A stretch of DNA of 64,000 nucleotides from an uncultured Verrucomicrobiota bacterium (GTDB lineage: Bacteria > Verrucomicrobiota > Verrucomicrobiia > Limisphaerales > UBA9464), in contig CAIMMI010000051.1 of assembly GCA_903842505.1 (NCBI GenBank), positions 3,290 through 67,289 on the forward strand, in the 5' to 3' direction. The translations under genes and the position numbers were made by a program. Positions 17,138 through 28,736 of the stretch are shown here, in pieces (within the stretch, counting starts at the first letter, position 1; each line of letters opens with the position of its first letter). Below the pieces are notes generated by a model. That model was not told the DNA's origin. It ran no database searches and was given only the letters and a program-made list of their open reading frames with translations.

Positions 17138-19351
17138 TCAGAACGGGTCGGGTTCACCGGACTCGTAGTCCGGGTGGTCGGAGTCGGAGGAAGTGGGGCG
17201 GGTCTTGGAGGGGGTATTGGACGGGGAGCGGCGGGCGGGGGATGCGGGGTTGCTCCAGGCGGAGCGGAGGTTCCATTCCTCGATGAGATTGGAGGGGAGT
17301 TCTCCGATGAAGCGGCTGGCCTGCTGGAGGCCTTCGGTACCCTGGACGGCACGGATCAGGGGGTAGCAGAGGTAGAGTTCCTGCTCGGCGCGCGTGACGG
17401 CGACGTAGAACAGTCGGCGTTCCTCCTCCATGGCGTCGGGGTGATCCAGGGACCTGTGGGTGGGGAAGAGACCGTCGCAGAGCATGATCACGAACACAGC
17501 GTGGAACTCGAGTCCCTTGGCCTGGTGCACGGAGGAGAGTCGGATGCGTTCGTCGTCGGGTTCGCCTTCGCGCGGGGCGGCTTCGGCCTCGAGGTTGGTC
17601 TGGAGGGCGAGTTGGGTGAGGAACTCGGACACGGACTGGAACTGGTCGGCGTAGTTGGCGAGTTGGGCGAGTTCGTCGAGGCGGTTGCGCGGGTTCTCGT
17701 AGTTCGATTCGAGGAAGTCCTTGTAGCCGGATTCGATGAGGTGGCGGATGCAGCGTCCGGGGAGGTCGCGGACCTCGGGTCGGGCGAGTTGGGAGACGGT
17801 GGTGGCGAAGGAGGCCCAATGGGGAGCGGTCTTGGCGGGGACGGCCTTGGTGAGCGCGCCGAGGACGGGAGGCAGGAAGTCGGAGGCGCGGGGACCGGTG
17901 GGTGGCGGTGGCGGGGTGCTATCGGTGGTGCCGTCGTTATCGGAAGCGGGGATGCCGGGGTAGACGGGGAGGTCTGCGAGGCGTGGCTCCATGTGGGCCC
18001 GGAAGATCGTCCAGAGCTTGTCCGCGCCCTTGCCGCCGATGCCGGGGAGCATGCGGGCGAGGCGTTTGAAGGCGAGTTCGTCGAGCGGGTTGGCGAGGAG
18101 CTTGAGGTGGGCGGCGATATCCTTGATGTGGGCCTGTTCGAAGAAGCGGATGCCGCTGGTGATGAGGAAGGGGATGTTGTGCCGGGTGAGCTCCATCTGG
18201 AGTTCAAGGGCGTGGAAGTGCGAGCGGTAGAGGATGCAGATGCGGTCGAGGGGAACGCCTTCGTCGCGGAGTTCGAGGGTGCGTTGGGCGACGAACATGG
18301 CCTGCTCGGAGGAACTGAGGGCGGCGACGAGCGCGGGCTTCGGGCCGGTGGGACGGACGGGGCGGAGCGTCTTCTCAAACTGGCGGGAGTTCTGTCGGAT
18401 GGAGGCGTTGGCGAGGGCGAGGATCTCCGGGGTGCTGCGGTAGTTCGTCTCGATGCGGAAGACCTGGGCGTTGGGGTGGCGCTTGGGGAAATCGAGGATG
18501 TTGGTGAAGTCCGCGCCGCGCCACGAATAGATGCTCTGGGAATCGTCACCGACGACCATGACGTTGCCCTGGGGGCCGGACATGAGGTCGATGATCGAGG
18601 ACTGGAGGTGGTTGGTATCCTGGTATTCGTCGACGAGGATCCACTGGAACTGGCCTTGGTACTGGGTTCGGAGATCGTCGTTTTTCTCGAGCAGTCCTTT
18701 CCAGAGGGCGAGAAGGTCATCGAAGTCCATCAGGCCGGCGCGGCGCTTCCGGTCCATGAAGCGCTTGCGGATGTCGGTGATGTCGTCGAGGAGGGGTTCG
18801 AAGCTGGGGTGTTCGTCGCTGATGACCTGCGCGAGGGAACGGCCGGTGTTCACCTGCATCGAGTAGATCTCGGCGAGGACCTCGGGCTTGGGAAAGCGGG
18901 TTTCCTTCACGTCGATCCCGGAGTCCGTGATGCAGGCGGCGAGGAGGTCCTTGACGTCCTCGCGGTCGGCGATGGTGAAGTCGGCGGGGTAATCGATGCG
19001 GCGGGCATTGGCGCGGAGGATGCGGAGGCCGATGGAGTGGAAGGTGCCGCCCCACAGTTCGGGTTGGGGGCCTTCGAGGAGGAGGGATACGCGATCCATC
19101 ATCTCGCGGGCGGCCTTGTTGGTGAAGGTGAGCAGGAGGATGTTGCGGGGGCGGACGTGGTGTTCGAGGAGCCAGGCCACGCGGTAGATGAGCGTGCGTG
19201 TCTTGCCCGCGCCCGCGCCGGCGAGGACGAGGGCGGGGCCCGGATTGGCGGACACGGCGGCGAGCTGCTGTTCGTTCAGCTCGCCGGCGTAGTTGATCCG
19301 CAGGTTGATCTCGGCCGAAGGAGGGGTCTTCAGCACGTACTCACGCGACAT
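17138..19351 (-). CDS. UvrD/PcrA/Rep-family ATP-dependent DNA helicase
   Basis: Motifs LAGAGAGKTRT, LLTFTNKAAREM, VDEYQDTN, VGDDSQSIYSWRGA, TNYRST, VHQAKGLEFHAVF and YVAVTRA. ATG 19351 gives MSREYVL. Confidence 0.9.
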   Translation of the reverse strand: MSREYVLKTPPSAEINLRINYAGELNEQQLAAVSANPGPALVLAGAGAGKTRTLIYRVAWLLEHHVRPRNILLLTFTNKAAREMMDRVSLLLEGPQPELWGGTFHSIGLRILRANARRIDYPADFTIADREDVKDLLAACITDSGIDVKETRFPKPEVLAEIYSMQVNTGRSLAQVISDEHPSFEPLLDDITDIRKRFMDRKRRAGLMDFDDLLALWKGLLEKNDDLRTQYQGQFQWILVDEYQDTNHLQSSIIDLMSGPQGNVMVVGDDSQSIYSWRGADFTNILDFPKRHPNAQVFRIETNYRSTPEILALANASIRQNSRQFEKTLRPVRPTGPKPALVAALSSSEQAMFVAQRTLELRDEGVPLDRICILYRSHFHALELQMELTRHNIPFLITSGIRFFEQAHIKDIAAHLKLLANPLDELAFKRLARMLPGIGGKGADKLWTIFRAHMEPRLADLPVYPGIPASDNDGTTDSTPPPPPTGPRASDFLPPVLGALTKAVPAKTAPHWASFATTVSQLARPEVRDLPGRCIRHLIESGYKDFLESNYENPRNRLDELAQLANYADQFQSVSEFLTQLALQTNLEAEAAPREGEPDDERIRLSSVHQAKGLEFHAVFVIMLCDGLFPTHRSLDHPDAMEEERRLFYVAVTRAEQELYLCYPLIRAVQGTEGLQQASRFIGELPSNLIEEWNLRSAWSNPASPARRSPSNTPSKTRPTSSDSDHPDYESGEPDPF

Positions 19352-19458
19352 GCGCCGGAGCCTAGGGGGGATTGGCGGAAGTTCAAACACGGCGGGGAAA
19401 TTGGAGTTCGCAGGGACATGGTTCCGGTCTCGGAGGGCGCGGAGTGAGGGCAGGTGCT

Positions 19459-19486
19459 CCCGCAGAGGCGCGGAGGCGCAGAGGGG
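19459..19486 (+). repeat. Fam-I unit
   Basis: CCCGCAGAGGCGCGGAGGCGCAGAGGGG; compare 11875-11902. Confidence 0.8.
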
Positions 19487-19539
19487 ATGGGCAACAATCC
19501 GGGCTGGCGGGTGGGGCGGGCGTTGGGAATGCTTCGGGG

Positions 19540-20709
19540 ATGAAGTCCGCTACCAGATGGTTGGGAGTTTTGGCCGCCTGCGCGGTGATTGGGACGTCGG
19601 AGGGGGTGTTGGCGGAGCACCGGGCGACGTTCCTCGGGCATCCTGCCACGCGGTTCGCGGATCCGTTGGTGGCCTCGGAGGATCTGCGGTGGCGGTTCCG
19701 GGATCCGAAGCTGAAGCCGGACTTTGCGGAGGTGTTGCGGCAGTGGGGTTGGCAGGGGCGGTTGGATGACCTGTTCGCGGCGGCGGAGAAGGCGGAGATC
19801 GTGCCGGTGGAGATTCCCGTGGGTGGACGGATGCCTTTCATGTCGACGCGCCGCGGAGGCAAGGCGGTCTGCCTGAAGGATGTGGTGTGGGTTGGGGAGA
19901 AGCCGGCGCCGGCGTTTGCCTTCAACTTCACTTCCCTGGGGCGTCGCTACCGGTGCGTGACGCCGCAGGCCTGCAGCAATTTCTTTGTCGAGGATCTGGG
20001 TGTGGAACCGAAACCGGCTTTGGCGATCGACTGTTCGACGCCGAAGGAGCTGTTGCCCGGACGTCCGATCAAGGTCTGCCTGACGGTCCGCAACACGGGC
20101 GATGGACCGGAGTCGAAGGTGAAGGTCCGGCTGCCGCTGCCGGAGGGCGCCTCGCTGAAGGAGGCAACGCTGGGCGGGGTGGAGGAATCGGGGCAGATCG
20201 TCTGGAACCTCGACGCGGTCGGTGCAGGTGGTTCGCAGGAGGTGTGTGCGATGCTGGTCGCTGCGCGGTTGGGGACGTTTGGGTTCTCGGCTTCTGCGAC
20301 GGGGTCCCAGTCGGCGGAGGTGAAGACGTCGTGCGAGACATTCATCCGCGGCGTGCCGGCGATCCTTCTGGAGATCGTGGATCTGGAAGATCCCATCGAG
20401 GTCGGGGGACAGGTGAACTATGTGATCAAGGTGATGAACCAAGGGTCGGCACCGGGGACGAAGGTCCGGGTGCGCTGCATTCTCGCGGACAGCCAGGAGT
20501 ACATTTCCGGCAGTGGCAGCACGGCGATCGGCGTGCAGGGGCGGGTGCTGACGACCGAGGTGATCGCATCGCTGGCGCCCAAGGATTCGGCGGAGTGGCG
20601 GTTGTCCGTCCGTGCGGCGAAGGAGGATGACGCGCGGTTCTCGGTGGAGTTGACGAGCGACCAGTTCGAGACGCCGATCCGGGAGAACGAGTCGACGAGG
20701 CAGTATTGA
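19540..20709 (+). CDS. secreted DUF11-type conserved-repeat-domain protein
   Basis: Signal peptide MKSATRWLGVLAACAVIG. Two segments fit the DUF11 repeat pattern (IKVCLTVRNTGDGPESKVKVRLPLPEG; VNYVIKVMNQGSAPGTKVRVRCIL). Confidence 0.65.
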   Translation: MKSATRWLGVLAACAVIGTSEGVLAEHRATFLGHPATRFADPLVASEDLRWRFRDPKLKPDFAEVLRQWGWQGRLDDLFAAAEKAEIVPVEIPVGGRMPFMSTRRGGKAVCLKDVVWVGEKPAPAFAFNFTSLGRRYRCVTPQACSNFFVEDLGVEPKPALAIDCSTPKELLPGRPIKVCLTVRNTGDGPESKVKVRLPLPEGASLKEATLGGVEESGQIVWNLDAVGAGGSQEVCAMLVAARLGTFGFSASATGSQSAEVKTSCETFIRGVPAILLEIVDLEDPIEVGGQVNYVIKVMNQGSAPGTKVRVRCILADSQEYISGSGSTAIGVQGRVLTTEVIASLAPKDSAEWRLSVRAAKEDDARFSVELTSDQFETPIRENESTRQY

Positions 20710-20722
20710 GGGGGAGGGAGGG

Positions 20723-20900
20723 GAGTTACCAGTTTCCAGAGGCCAGTTGCCAGTTCTCGTGACCTCGTCGGCTACCGCGCAGGAAACTTGGAACGTCCAT
20801 TGAAGGCCGGGTGCCCTCACCCGGCGTGGCGCATGGTTCCGCCGCGTGAGGGCACGCGGCCTACAAACCCGCTCAGCCTCGTTACCTCGGCGGCTACGGG
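20723..20900. repeat. repeat mosaic (Fam-E, Fam-D, inverted pair of Fam-C, Fam-D variant)
   Basis: GAGTTACCAGTTTCCAGAGGCCAGTTGCCAGTT; CTCGTGACCTCGTCGGCTACC; AAGGCCGGGTGCCCTCAC ... GTGAGGGCACGCGGCCT as an inverted pair at 20803-20861; CTCGTTACCTCGGCGGCTACGG. Confidence 0.85.
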
Positions 20901-20963
20901 GGAACGAAAAAGGGGCGACCGGGTTACCGGTCGCCCCTGTGCGTTGGGAGGGTTTGGGGAGGC

Positions 20964-23900
20964 TTACTGGCCGATCACGCGGTAGAATCCGGCTTCACCG
21001 TCCACGGGCAGTTCGACGCTGCGGTTGGAGGTGGTGGAGACGTCGGTCCAGGTGCCGGTGGCGAGGGCGGAGCGCTTCTGGACCTTGAAGGGCGCGTTGC
21101 CGCCGGTCCAGGAGACGGTGATGCCGCCGGCGGACTTGACGGACCCGACGGTGATCGGGGTCGAGGCGTTGGCGGACGGGGTGGGATCGTCGGCCGGAGC
21201 CGGGTGGGAGATGACGGTGTAGAAGTTGAGTTCGCGGGGCGAGGTAGCACCGAGCGCGGGCTTGTTCTCCAGATTGATCTCGCCCTTGGCGGCGACAAGG
21301 ATCTGCCGGGTGGTCATCGCGACGCTCATCTGGAAGGTGCGGATACCGCCGATGGGCGCTTGGTTGATGAAGGGCAGGAAGCTTGGCGTCAGGGCACGGA
21401 AGGTGGTGCCTTCGAAGCCGAGGACGCGGGCGGCGACCTGTTGGTTTTCGTATCCATCGGGCTTGGCGACCCAGCTTACCACGACGCGGCCAAGGGCATC
21501 GGCGGCGACGTTGGCGCGGTCGAAGTCACCGCGGAATCCGCCTTCGGACGCCTCGGCGGCCGCGACGAAGGTGCGGGTGCGGGCGTCGAACGCGGCGACC
21601 CGAACGAACGGTCCGGTGTTCACCTTGCCGGCGACGAACACGTAGGGTTGGTTGATGTGGCCGGCGATGCGGGATCCGTCGCCGCGGCCGCGGTCGAAGC
21701 CTTCGCTGGAGGTGGCCTGGTCGACCGAGCCGAGGGCGTTGCCGGCATTGTCGTAGAAGTAGATCACGCCGGCGACGCGGGCGGCGAAGCCACCCTTGAA
21801 CGGCGCGACGTTGGACCAGAAGTCACCGTCGGCGACCTTGAAGGTCTCCTTCACGATCGAGCCGTCGGGCTTGATGACGGTGGCGACGGCGCAGTTGCCA
21901 TCGGGGCGGAACAGGCGGGAGCGGTCTTCGACGACGACGGCGAAGTTGCCGTTGTCGAGGCCGACGATGTCCCCGCCGAAGCGGGTGTTCTGGTCCGAGG
22001 CAACGACGCCGGAGTTGCGACGGCCGTGGGCGGCGTCGAGGGCATCGGCGAGGGGCGTCTGGACGAGGGTGGAGGTGTTCAGCGAGAACGGTTGGACGGT
22101 GGCGTAGCGGCTTTCGGCACCGCCTTCGGTGGTGCGGTTGTAGCCGGTGTTCCAGCGGTTGCCGGAGTTGAGGGCCTCGAAGAAGTGCGGGGAAGCTTCG
22201 CCGCCCGCGACGAAGTTGACGGCACCCGGGCGGGTGTCGCCACCGACGCGACCGGGGTTGCCGTTCTGGCGGGAGGCGTTGACCTGGCTGAGGAACGGAG
22301 CGCCAGCGTCGGTGAAGAAAGCTTCACCGAGCTTGGAGGCGCCGCCTGTGGCGGGTTGGAGGGCCACCACGTAGCGTTGCTTGTCGGTGGTACCATCGGC
22401 GAAGGCATTCGCTTCGATCAGGAAGGTCGAGGTGCCTAGGACGGAGGCGTTGGGCTCCCAGTTGCCGAGGGAGTCGAGGCCCTGGTTGATGACCGGACGA
22501 TCGGGAACGATGCGGGTCAGGCCGGCGGCCTCGATGCTGCCGGGTTTGACGGGGATGACGAACTGGCGGAGGGCGACGGTGCGGACGTCGGGGACATCGG
22601 CGTTGCGGCTCTGCCAGACGATGGCGATGGTGTCGTTGCGGAAGGCGATGCGCGGGTGGCGGGATTCCAGGAGCGTGTCGCTGGGCATCTCCCGTTCGCT
22701 GACGTAGAACGTGTTGCCGAGGGGGGTGCCCTTGTTGTCGAACACGCGGGCGACGATGCCGCGGGCGAAACCACCGGTGGCGACGGTGTCATCGAAGGCG
22801 ACGGCGACACGGCCGAGGGAGTCGATGGCGACATCGCCGCGGCCGGGGCCGTTGAGGGTGAGGTCGTCGGAGACCGAGCGCTTCCAGCGGATGGTGCCAT
22901 CCGCGTTCAGGACCGTGACGAGGGCGGTGGGTTTGCCATCGGCGTCGTTGCCGAGGCCGAGGAAAGCGTAGGCGTCGTTGCCGTTGCCGGAGAACCCGAC
23001 GCCATCACCACGACCGCCGGTGGCGGCGACCGGGTGATTGGCGAGGGTTCCGAGGTCGATGTTTGTGGTGGTGGTCGGCGTGCCGGCGTTGTCGAAGAGA
23101 CGGAGCTTGGCGCGGCCATCGGCGCCGGCGAAGCGGATGCCGAAGCCATTCTTGGTGGCGGCGAAACCGTGCCACATGTTGGCCTGGGTTTTCTCGGCGC
23201 TCACCAGTTGGATCGGTTTCACCTCGGTGCCGTCAGGTTTCACGATCCGGGCAATGACATGCTGGGCGGCGGCGGCACCGCCGTAGACGTCGACGAGGTC
23301 GGCGTTCTGGCGGCTTTCGCCGACGATGACAATATTGCCGGTGGAGAGGTAACCCCAGTCACCGATGCGGACGCTGCCGGCACGGTCGGCATAAGTGTCG
23401 GTGAGTCCGGCTACGATACCGATCGGTTGGCCGTTGTTGTCGAGGAGTTGGGCGGTGGGGTAGTCGCCGGAGTTCACGCCCAGAGAATCGTTCTCGATGG
23501 GGGCGAAGGCGGGGACTTCCAGTGCGAGTTCGAAGGAGGTGGCGCCCATGCCGACGCCATCACCGAAAGGGTTGGCCTTGATCTTGGGGCCCCAGCTGGT
23601 GCGGGCGGGGGTGGGGGATTTGTCCGCGCGGAAGAAGGAGAGGAAGCGGGAATTGACCGTCTGCCCCGCGAAGGCCGGGTCGATCGACGTGAGGTCGGTC
23701 AGCGGGGTGAGGGGTTGGTTCTGGCCGTCGACGAGGGTCCAGGTGGCCTCCAGGTCGTTGAGGGCGTCGCCGTCGTCTTCCCAGCCGACGAGAACGTTGC
23801 CATTGCGGGCGATGCCCACGCCGAGGCTTTCGGTGCTGCCGTTGTTGATGTTGACCCCGTCCTGGGTGTTAAGGAAGACGGTGTCACCGGTAGGTTGGAT

Positions 23901-24020
23901 GCCGCCGGCTTCCGGCGCTGCCGGAACGGTGGCTTGGGCGAACGCACTGCACGAACCCAGGCAGAGGCCGGCAACAGGGAGCCAACGGCGGAGCTTGGAT
24001 TGGGATTTGGTCTGCTTCAT
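20964..24020 (-). CDS. large secreted hypothetical protein (1018 aa), repeated beta-strand modules, C-terminal FYRV-type module
   Basis: ATG 24020 gives MKQTKSQSKLRRWLPVAGLCLGSCSAFAQA, a signal peptide. Recurrent motifs are GNVLVGWEDDG, GNIVIVGESR, GRVAVAFDD, DTIAIVWQSRN, GNFAVVVEDRS and GRVVVSWVAK. It ends ..GEAGFYRVIGQ. The track ORF over-extends 101 codons through repeats. Confidence 0.75.
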   Translation of the reverse strand: MKQTKSQSKLRRWLPVAGLCLGSCSAFAQATVPAAPEAGGIQPTGDTVFLNTQDGVNINNGSTESLGVGIARNGNVLVGWEDDGDALNDLEATWTLVDGQNQPLTPLTDLTSIDPAFAGQTVNSRFLSFFRADKSPTPARTSWGPKIKANPFGDGVGMGATSFELALEVPAFAPIENDSLGVNSGDYPTAQLLDNNGQPIGIVAGLTDTYADRAGSVRIGDWGYLSTGNIVIVGESRQNADLVDVYGGAAAAQHVIARIVKPDGTEVKPIQLVSAEKTQANMWHGFAATKNGFGIRFAGADGRAKLRLFDNAGTPTTTTNIDLGTLANHPVAATGGRGDGVGFSGNGNDAYAFLGLGNDADGKPTALVTVLNADGTIRWKRSVSDDLTLNGPGRGDVAIDSLGRVAVAFDDTVATGGFARGIVARVFDNKGTPLGNTFYVSEREMPSDTLLESRHPRIAFRNDTIAIVWQSRNADVPDVRTVALRQFVIPVKPGSIEAAGLTRIVPDRPVINQGLDSLGNWEPNASVLGTSTFLIEANAFADGTTDKQRYVVALQPATGGASKLGEAFFTDAGAPFLSQVNASRQNGNPGRVGGDTRPGAVNFVAGGEASPHFFEALNSGNRWNTGYNRTTEGGAESRYATVQPFSLNTSTLVQTPLADALDAAHGRRNSGVVASDQNTRFGGDIVGLDNGNFAVVVEDRSRLFRPDGNCAVATVIKPDGSIVKETFKVADGDFWSNVAPFKGGFAARVAGVIYFYDNAGNALGSVDQATSSEGFDRGRGDGSRIAGHINQPYVFVAGKVNTGPFVRVAAFDARTRTFVAAAEASEGGFRGDFDRANVAADALGRVVVSWVAKPDGYENQQVAARVLGFEGTTFRALTPSFLPFINQAPIGGIRTFQMSVAMTTRQILVAAKGEINLENKPALGATSPRELNFYTVISHPAPADDPTPSANASTPITVGSVKSAGGITVSWTGGNAPFKVQKRSALATGTWTDVSTTSNRSVELPVDGEAGFYRVIGQ

Positions 24021-24241
24021 GCGGGTATACCTTTCGTGGTGTCCCCAGATGGGCACGGTTCCACCCGGCGAGGGCAACAAGCCCAAGAGACCAGGCTGGA
24101 TCCAAAAACTTCCGGGGATTCTGTTCAGATTGCCACTTGTCCCTTCGTGCTTGCTATCCCACGGACGGTGTATGCCGGTGGCTGGATTTGGGGTGGTTCC
24201 TTGAGGACCTGGGGACGGGTCGGGGTGGGTTGAGTTGGGGC

Positions 24242-24311
24242 GGCTCGACGGAGTCTCGCCCCACCGGGGGGGGGGAAGGGGCGGAGCGGCTCGACGGAGT
24301 CTCGCCCCACC
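24242..24311 (+). repeat. two direct Fam-B copies
   Basis: GGCTCGACGGAGTCTCGCCCCACC at 24242-24265 and 24288-24311. Confidence 0.9.
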
Positions 24312-24411
24312 GGGGAGGCTCATTCCTGGAGAATTGACTCAAGGCTTGTCCTTCGCACTGGGGTTTTCCAGCCTGCGGGGGTTCCAAGCCGGTGCCGATT
24401 CCGGGGAGGAA

Positions 24412-25512
24412 ATGCCATTAACGACGATGAACCTGGTTCCGAAGCCTGTATTCCCGTGGCCTGGAGTGATCCGACGCTACGCTGATTTCCTTCCCGTGAC
24501 GGCGGAGACGCCGGTCGTGACGCTGTTGGAGGGAAACACCCCGCTGATTCCGGCGCCGGGATTCGTGAAGGCGATCGGGGGACGTTTTGATCTCTACCTG
24601 AAGTACGAGGCGTTGAACCCGACGTGCTCCTTCAAGGATCGAGGGATGACGATGGCGATCACGAAGGCGAAGGAGCGAGGGGCGAAGGCGGTGGTGTGTG
24701 CGTCGACGGGGAACACCTCGGCTTCGGCGGCGGCCTATGCGGCCCGTGCGGGGATGAAGTGCGTGGTCTTGCTGCCGAAGGGGAAAATTGCGTTGGGCAA
24801 GCTCGCGCAGGCGCTGATGTACGGTGCGACGACGGTTTCGATCGAGGGTAACTTTGACGATGCCTTGCGGATCGTGCGTGAGTTGGGCGAGACGGGGGCG
24901 ATCGAGGTTGTGAATTCGATCAACCCGGTGCGGATCGAGGGACAGAAGACCGCGGCCTTCGAGATCTGCGACGCGCTGGGGGATGCGCCGGACTTCCATT
25001 TCCTGCCGGTGGGCAATGCCGGAAACATCACGGCTTACTGGCGTGGCTTCAGCGAGTATCTGGCAGCCGGGAAGGCGGATACCCGGCCGCGAATCATGGG
25101 ATGGCAGGCGGCGGGTGCCGCCCCGATCGTGCTGGGACATCCGGTGGAGAATCCGGAGACGGTGGCGACGGCGATCCGGATCGGGAATCCGGCGTCGTGG
25201 CAGGGGGCATTGCAGGCGGCCTCGGAGTCCGATGGGGCGATCCGGTCGGTGACGGATGACGAGATCCTGTATGCCTACAAGCTGCTGGCGCGGACCGAAG
25301 GATTGATGGTGGAGCCGGCCTGTGCGGCGCCGCTGGCCGGGTTGATCCAGGCGATCCAGAGGGGTGAGATTCCGGATGGCAGCCTCGTGACGGCGACCAT
25401 GACCGGGCATGGGTTGAAGGATCCGGACACGGCAATCCGCGTGGCCGGTTTCGAGCCCATCGTGACCGCAGCGACGCGGGATGCGGTGGCCGCGGCGATC
25501 GGGTTGGCGTGA
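24412..25512 (+). CDS. thrC: threonine synthase
   Basis: PLP-lysine motif [10 protein letters not shown] and [18 protein letters not shown]. The sequence is collinear with Bacillus-type ThrC from [14 protein letters not shown] onward. The start could be ATG 24412 or 24427. Confidence 0.92.
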   Translation: MPLTTMNLVPKPVFPWPGVIRRYADFLPVTAETPVVTLLEGNTPLIPAPGFVKAIGGRFDLYLKYEALNPTCSFKDRGMTMAITKAKERGAKAVVCASTGNTSASAAAYAARAGMKCVVLLPKGKIALGKLAQALMYGATTVSIEGNFDDALRIVRELGETGAIEVVNSINPVRIEGQKTAAFEICDALGDAPDFHFLPVGNAGNITAYWRGFSEYLAAGKADTRPRIMGWQAAGAAPIVLGHPVENPETVATAIRIGNPASWQGALQAASESDGAIRSVTDDEILYAYKLLARTEGLMVEPACAAPLAGLIQAIQRGEIPDGSLVTATMTGHGLKDPDTAIRVAGFEPIVTAATRDAVAAAIGLA

Positions 25513-25572
25513 GCGGGTTTCCTGCGGTTGGAGGCGGGGAAAGGAAGGGTTCGCGCGAGCCGGGAGGGAGTC

Positions 25573-25668
25573 CTTAGATTCAAGATTCAAGTTTCAAGGC
25601 CAGCTCCCGCCAAACTTGAAACTGAAAACTTCAAACTCTGGAGCGGCTCGACGGAGTCTCGCTCCACC
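25573..25668. repeat. repeat mosaic (Fam-A hairpin arms + Fam-B)
   Basis: CTTAGATTCAAGATTCAAGTTTCAAGG ... CAAACTTGAAACTGAAAACTTCAAACTCTGG, then GGCTCGACGGAGTCTCGCTCCACC at 25645-25668. Confidence 0.85.
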
Positions 25669-25813
25669 GGATTCGGCGCAGTGCACGCGGAGGCCGCCGA
25701 GCTTGACCGTGGGAAGCAGTCGCCTACCGGTCGGCTTGCGCTGCGTTTGCGGGTGCGGAACCTGACATCACGAATTGGAGCAGTAGCGAGTGGTTCCCTG
25801 GGCTCTGGGAATT

Positions 25814-27064
25814 TCAGTTGTAGCGGTCGGGGCTGAGGAGCGAGAGGTCGATGGAGGGTTTTTCGCCGTCGATCAGTTGGGCGACGAGTTGGCCCGTGAT
25901 GGGGCCGAGGGAAAGGCCCATCATGGCATGGCCGGTGGCGACGACGAGGTTGGAATGGTTCCGGGTGCGGCCGATGTAGGGCAGGCCATCGGGAGAGCAG
26001 GGACGAAGGCCGTGCCAGGGTTGGATACCCTTGAAGTCGTCCGGGGTGAACGCGGGGTAGAACTTCGGGACGGACTTGATGATGCCCTGGACGCGGATGG
26101 GATTGATGTCCTCGTTGAGCCCGGCGATTTCCATGGTTCCGCCGAAGCGGAGGGTGGAGCCCATGGGAGTGACGGCGACGCGGGCCTCGGTGAAGATCGA
26201 GCAGATCCTGGGGAGTTGCCGGGGGTGGGTGACGGTGAGGCTGTAGCCCTTGCCCGCCTGCATGGGGAGGTGGAGATCGAGGCCGGTGCCGGTGCCCGGG
26301 GACCAGGATCCGCCGGCGAGGACGAATTGATCGGCTTCGATCGGGCCGGCGGAGGTTTCGACGGCGGCGATGCGGCCTTGTCCGAGGCGCCATCCGGTGA
26401 CCTCGGTATTCCAGAGGAACCGGGTGTTGCGGGAGGCGAGGCGTTCCTGAAGGCCAGCCATGAGGAGGCCGGGGGAAAGGTGGCAATCCTTGGGGAAGTA
26501 GACGGCGCCGGCGACGTCCATGGTGACGTCGGGCTCGAGTCGGGCGAGTTGGGCGGCATCGAGGACCTCGGCGGGGATGTTGAGGGAGCGGGCCTGTTCG
26601 GCGGTCTTCGATTCCTCCTCGAGGGTGCGCGTGGACTTGCAGAGCATGAGGAGGCCGCGTTCGACCAGGCCGAAGTCAAAGCCGTCCTCGCGGGCGAGTT
26701 CGACGAAGGCGGTTCGGCTGGCGAGGCTGAGATCGCGGATGAGCGGGGCGGATTTCCGGACGTGTTCCGGGGTGGACGCCTTCCAGAAATTCCAGGCCCA
26801 GCGGATCAGGTCGGGGTCGAGGCGGGGCTTGATGTAGAAGGGGGATTCGGGGTTCCACATCCATTTCAGGCCGAGTGCGACCATGCCCGGGGCGGCGAGC
26901 GGAATGAAGTGGCTGGGGACGACCATGCCGGCATTGCCGAAGGAGCAGCCGTCGCGGCGTGCGGGATTGCGGTCGATGAGGGTGACCTGATGACCGCGCC
27001 GTGCGCAGGCGTACGCGGAGGCGAGACCGATGATGCCGGAACCGATGATGCCGATGTGAGCCAT
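25814..27064 (-). CDS. FAD-dependent oxidoreductase, D-amino-acid dehydrogenase-like
   Basis: ATG 27064 gives MAHIGIIGSGIIGLASAYACARRGHQVTLIDR, a GxGxxG dinucleotide fold. The layout is DadA/DAO-family throughout. Confidence 0.85.
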   Translation of the reverse strand: MAHIGIIGSGIIGLASAYACARRGHQVTLIDRNPARRDGCSFGNAGMVVPSHFIPLAAPGMVALGLKWMWNPESPFYIKPRLDPDLIRWAWNFWKASTPEHVRKSAPLIRDLSLASRTAFVELAREDGFDFGLVERGLLMLCKSTRTLEEESKTAEQARSLNIPAEVLDAAQLARLEPDVTMDVAGAVYFPKDCHLSPGLLMAGLQERLASRNTRFLWNTEVTGWRLGQGRIAAVETSAGPIEADQFVLAGGSWSPGTGTGLDLHLPMQAGKGYSLTVTHPRQLPRICSIFTEARVAVTPMGSTLRFGGTMEIAGLNEDINPIRVQGIIKSVPKFYPAFTPDDFKGIQPWHGLRPCSPDGLPYIGRTRNHSNLVVATGHAMMGLSLGPITGQLVAQLIDGEKPSIDLSLLSPDRYN

Positions 27065-27315
27065 GATGCGGGTGCGGGACCCGTTGTTGGGAGGATGGGG
27101 ATGGGGAGGACTGGCGTCTTGGTGGAAACCGGAGCGGGGGGGGTGAAACGAGGCACAAAACTTTTCCAAAAGAATTTGTAAGAAGTGGGGTGGTTCCTGC
27201 GATGAACCCTTTAGAGGAGCCCGCCTTTTCCGCAATCAACGCCGTATCCACTGGGGCGGGGCATGCCCGCGTGCGCATTTTGAAGCTGCCCCCAATCGAG
27301 AAGAGGACCGAGGCG

Positions 27316-27382
27316 GCATTGTGCTCATCGCCCTGAGGAAAGGGCTTGGGAGGGCAACCAGGACGTTGCCGTCCCGTTTGGG
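27316..27382 (+). repeat. Fam-F 65-nt two-hairpin element, copy 2 (most diverged)
   Basis: GGCATTGTGCTCATCGCCCTGAGGAAAGGGCTTGGGAGGGCAACCAGGACGTTGCCGTCCCGTTTGGG. Confidence 0.85.
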
Positions 27383-27459
27383 CTGGTTGCAAATCAGGCT
27401 TTTCGCCAGACGGAGACTCACTAGGCTTCGGGGCGAATCCGATTCATCTGCGAAGTTTC

Positions 27460-28725
<1,266 letters not shown>

Positions 28726-28736
28726 GGGGGCTTGGC

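Noticed and set aside
17081-19447. 788-aa ORF on the + strand
   Set aside because: It is antisense to the UvrD-family helicase. It has the same G/E/D/A/V-rich artefactual composition and no motifs.
24021-24411. Upstream extensions of the giant secreted-protein ORF (to 24323) and of the thrC ORF (from 24235)
   Set aside because: Both extensions are translations of Fam-B repeats (..[10 protein letters not shown].., ..[10 protein letters not shown]..). Genuine signal-peptide and ThrC sequences begin at 24020 and 24412 respectively.
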